Source of the DNA: Cetorhinus maximus
Taxonomy: Eukaryota
NCBI RefSeq assembly: GCF_964194155.1
Contig: NC_135899.1
Location: forward strand, 2,790,001-2,854,000
Direction of reading: 5' to 3'
DNA: 64,000 nucleotides
Shown here: positions 63,684 to 64,000 of the stretch, piece by piece
Numbering within the stretch: the stretch's first letter is position 1
How the letters are laid out: the number at the start of each line of letters is the position of its first letter
The notes under the pieces: model-generated
Databases searched by the model: none
The model's input: only the letters and a program-made list of their open reading frames with translations
Told to the model about the DNA's origin: nothing
Translations under genes and position numbers: made by a program

Positions 63684-64000
63684 CCGAGATTCAAACTGAA
63701 GGGTGCGGATCAGCTCTGAATCATCCTTGGGTGGAGTTTGGTTTTGGGTACTCTCGGTGTTGGCCATCACCGTTGGGCTGGAGGACAGTCTTAAGAAGTA
63801 ATGGATGCAGGTGTAACAGTCCCCGTCCAGTAAGACCACTATAATCCACACCCAGGCGTGATAGAAGACTTTGACAAATGCAAGGAGCTTCCAGGAGTCG
63901 GAGGGTTGCTGGCGTCGGTCTGGGTCCACTGGCTCCCCAGGGCATTTTGCCCTATCCCCCAGCTGACACCTGCAGCACATCAGGCACTCCCGGTGCAAGA
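63684..64000 (-). CDS. CALHM: CALHM/FAM26-family channel, upstream coding exon (partial, runs off window)
   Basis: WIIVVLLDGDCYTC resembles CALHM TM3; donor CGG|GTGAGT, phase 0, joins as LQFESR|VIGL (cf. SQ|VLGW). Confidence 0.72.

Overview
Vertebrate genomic DNA; the repeat content (CR1 LINEs, Deu-domain SINEs, Penelope and Tx1 elements) suggests a cartilaginous fish (inference). Positions 0.5-49.2 kb hold a dispersed cluster of nine intronless histone genes, each ending in a replication-dependent 3' stem-loop. Four are H1-family genes: three have Arg >= Lys, two of those carry AT-hook or AT-hook-like motifs, and the fourth has a decayed winged helix. The rest are three divergent H2Bs, an H2A with an atypical tail and an H3.2 with Q125H. 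No H4 is visible, but a 200-N gap follows an orphan octamer/CCAAT promoter. The best candidate for an undescribed system is this all-variant, possibly germline/sperm, histone set. It includes a predicted spliced, polyadenylated isoform of one H1 that would skip the stem-loop. Three minisatellites abut histone promoters. The 3' end holds two coding exons of a divergent CALHM-family channel on the minus strand. The remainder is largely nested retroelements. All calls come from reading the sequence by eye; no searches were run, TE boundaries are approximate and residue counts are manual.
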